Below, in pieces: positions 62,097 to 64,000 of a stretch of DNA of 64,000 nt (position 1 is the first letter of the stretch; the number at the start of each line of letters is the position of its first letter). Origin of the DNA: Takakia lepidozioides (lineage: Eukaryota > Plantae > Bryophyta); contig CM060731.1 of the NCBI GenBank assembly GCA_030704615.1, forward strand, positions 28,768,001 through 28,832,000, in the 5' to 3' direction. The notes under the pieces are model-generated. The model was not told the DNA's origin and searched no databases. It saw nothing but the letters and a program-made list of their open reading frames with translations. The position numbers were made by a program, and so were the translations under genes.

Positions 62097-62816
62097 GAGG
62101 CCCTGCAACTATTTGGCTATTTGGAATAATGCAAAGGGAAGGCTTCAAGTTGGACAGTATCACCTTTATATGTGTTCTCTCTGCATGCAGCCACACTGGC
62201 CTACTGGATGAAGAAAGACGCTACTGGGATTCCCTGAGTCAAGATCATGGTGTCACTCTGACAGTAAGTGCACTTTGGCTGCATGGTGGACCTTCTTGGA
62301 CGTGCGGGACAACTGGATGAGCAGTGGACCTGATTAATAAAATGCCATCAATCCAGATGCTGTGGTGTGGAAGGCCTTGCTTGGTGCCTGCAGAATCCAT
62401 GGCAATGTGGAGATGGCTGAACGTGTGGCAACATCTAGCCTCACGTCGGATGAACAGGATCCGCGACTTATGTGTTGCTATCAAATATCTATGCTGCAGC
62501 TGCTAGGTGGGATCCATCTGAGTAGCAGAATGTTCTCCCTGCATTTTCCCAGCGCCTAACAACAAGCTGTATGCCCCATCACATTTCACATGAGCTTGTT
62601 CTTCCTTGTACGACAATTTGACACTTAGAATAGTTTATATAGCTACCGGGACATTAAATTAAGAATCCAAACTATTTGAAATCTACACCAATTGCCCATA
62701 AACAAATGGTCGAAGGGGTTAGAAAGGAGCCAGGTCGCTGCTGTATTGAGGTATTTTATCAAGACAATCATTTTTTATCAAGATAATAAAGCTAAATGTT
62801 GAGAAACTAAAGGATG

Positions 62817-62935
62817 GCCAACAGTCAACACTTAAGTTGGTTAGTAAACTGAGTGCCACCCAGATGATATCAAGGGGCCTGATTTGTGAGCTGTCGCTCA
62901 CAGGTGTTTCCCTTTAAAAAAAATAAAAATAAAAA
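62817..62935 (+). mobile_element. Internally deleted copy of the SINE at 1169
   Basis: CCAACAGTCAA..CCAGATGA joined to GGGGCCTGATTTGTGAGCTGTCGCTC..GTGTTTCCCTTTA and an A-rich tail. Confidence 0.65.
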
Positions 62936-63439
62936 ATGATGAGCAACGAATAAACAACCGGATTTCGGTGCTGCTGAAACAAATGCTTAACGAAGGGGAA
63001 AGTACGGGTTCACCTCTACCTCACTTCTAGGGCATAGATAGAGGTAGCTACATACATCAAACAATGAAATTTGGAAACCCACCTTATTTTGTGAAAATTG
63101 AACGTAGTTCTCAGAATTCGTCGCTAGTAGTGTGGAGCAACGTGAAGCCCTAATATATAAAAAAAACTACAGTTTGTTGGCAGGGTGGAGGTTGTGGTCT
63201 GGTGGTAGGTCAATGGCGATGCAACGATGCAAGTCTGTGGTTCTATTCCCTAAACGTGGTTCACGTGCTAGGTGCTGGCTACAACTACCTCCATGGAGGT
63301 AGTATGTAGCTACTCTCATGCAGGTAGTTTCAGCTTGGTTTTGCATGGAGGTAGTTGTAAATTTCATATGCCAAAAAAATTATAAGTCCTGGACGCATGA
63401 AGGTAGTTTGCTCCTAGACGAGGGGCCCCATCGTCTGAC

Positions 63440-64000
63440 CAGCCTCATTAGGACGAGGCCACACTAACTTCTGAGCATGGATGCATTGTCCCGACAAACC
63501 AACAAGAGATGAAAGATCGCTGCCGACTCTGCGACCACTATGTGGCGTGATGATGATGACGTGGCTACTATGACATGTCTACGATGACGTGTTTTATGAT
63601 GATGTGGCACTATGGCACCCTATTCCTGCTCTACGCTAAACTAGTCGCTGACGACTATGTGGCGTGATGACGATGATGTGGCCACGATGACATGGCTACT
63701 ATGACATATCTATGATGACGTGGCAACAATGACGTGGCACCATGGCACCCTAGTCCTGCTTTAGGCTAAACTAGTCTCCAACGCCTCAGAATTTTGTGTG
63801 GCCTCGTCCTAATGAGTCCGCAGGGTGCAGAGGGGACAGCGACCTGACAGCGGCCCGCTACATTAAAAGGATCACTATTCCCTTGTTTCTCTTTATATAT
63901 CGAAAAAATGTCGAGTTGTTGGCTAAACTAGTCGCTGACGACTATGTGGCGTGATGACGATGATGTGGCCACGATGACATGGCTATTATGACATATCTAT
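63440..64000. repeat. Composite repeat with inverted and tandem modules (GATGTGGC-rich), runs off the window end
   Basis: 63443-63485 is the inverse of 63785-63815; GCTAAACTAGTCGCTGACGACTATGTGG module at 63635 and 63922. Confidence 0.75.

Larger units (their letters stand above)
57785..62515 (+). pseudogene. Second PLS-E PPR pseudogene, interrupted by a MULE and truncated after the E domain
   Basis: Repeated ETYEQM..EGVKPNHITFVCVCNACASL units; after the insertion CVLSACSHTGL, VWKALLGACRIHG; close paralogue of 55000-56480. Confidence 0.88.

Noticed and set aside
63100-63131. CACTA-like terminus (GTCGCTAGTAGTG)
   Set aside because: No partner end or TSD found.

Overview
Eukaryotic nuclear DNA, most likely from a non-seed land plant (bryophyte, lycophyte or fern grade; inferred from the PLS/DYW PPR genes, the plant-type 8-exon ferritin and the TE types). 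Host genes lie at the edges: an intact ferritin, one PLS-E+ PPR gene with a decayed DYW tail, and two PLS PPR pseudogenes. Two of the PPR loci carry OSB-type 'PDF' motif exons at their N-termini. The middle (about 10-53 kb) is a nested TE stack. A Met-primed Ty3/gypsy element is interrupted by an Arg-primed non-chromovirus Ty3/gypsy element with a ~1,200-codon extra ORF, present as inverted and tandem copies. That element is in turn interrupted by a 13.6-kb Mutator-like transposon (9-bp TSD). The MULE is the most unusual object. Divergent from its DDE/SWIM transposase it carries a spliced gene with a ParB/Srx-like segment and a beta-class N4-cytosine/N6-adenine methyltransferase-like C-terminus, and that gene's first intron is an array of about 30 x ~119-bp units, each with an 18-bp-stem palindrome. 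A related non-autonomous MULE with its own palindrome repeats sits in the second PPR pseudogene. Many frameshifts at 26-44 kb look like long-read consensus errors. All domain calls are by eye; no searches were run.
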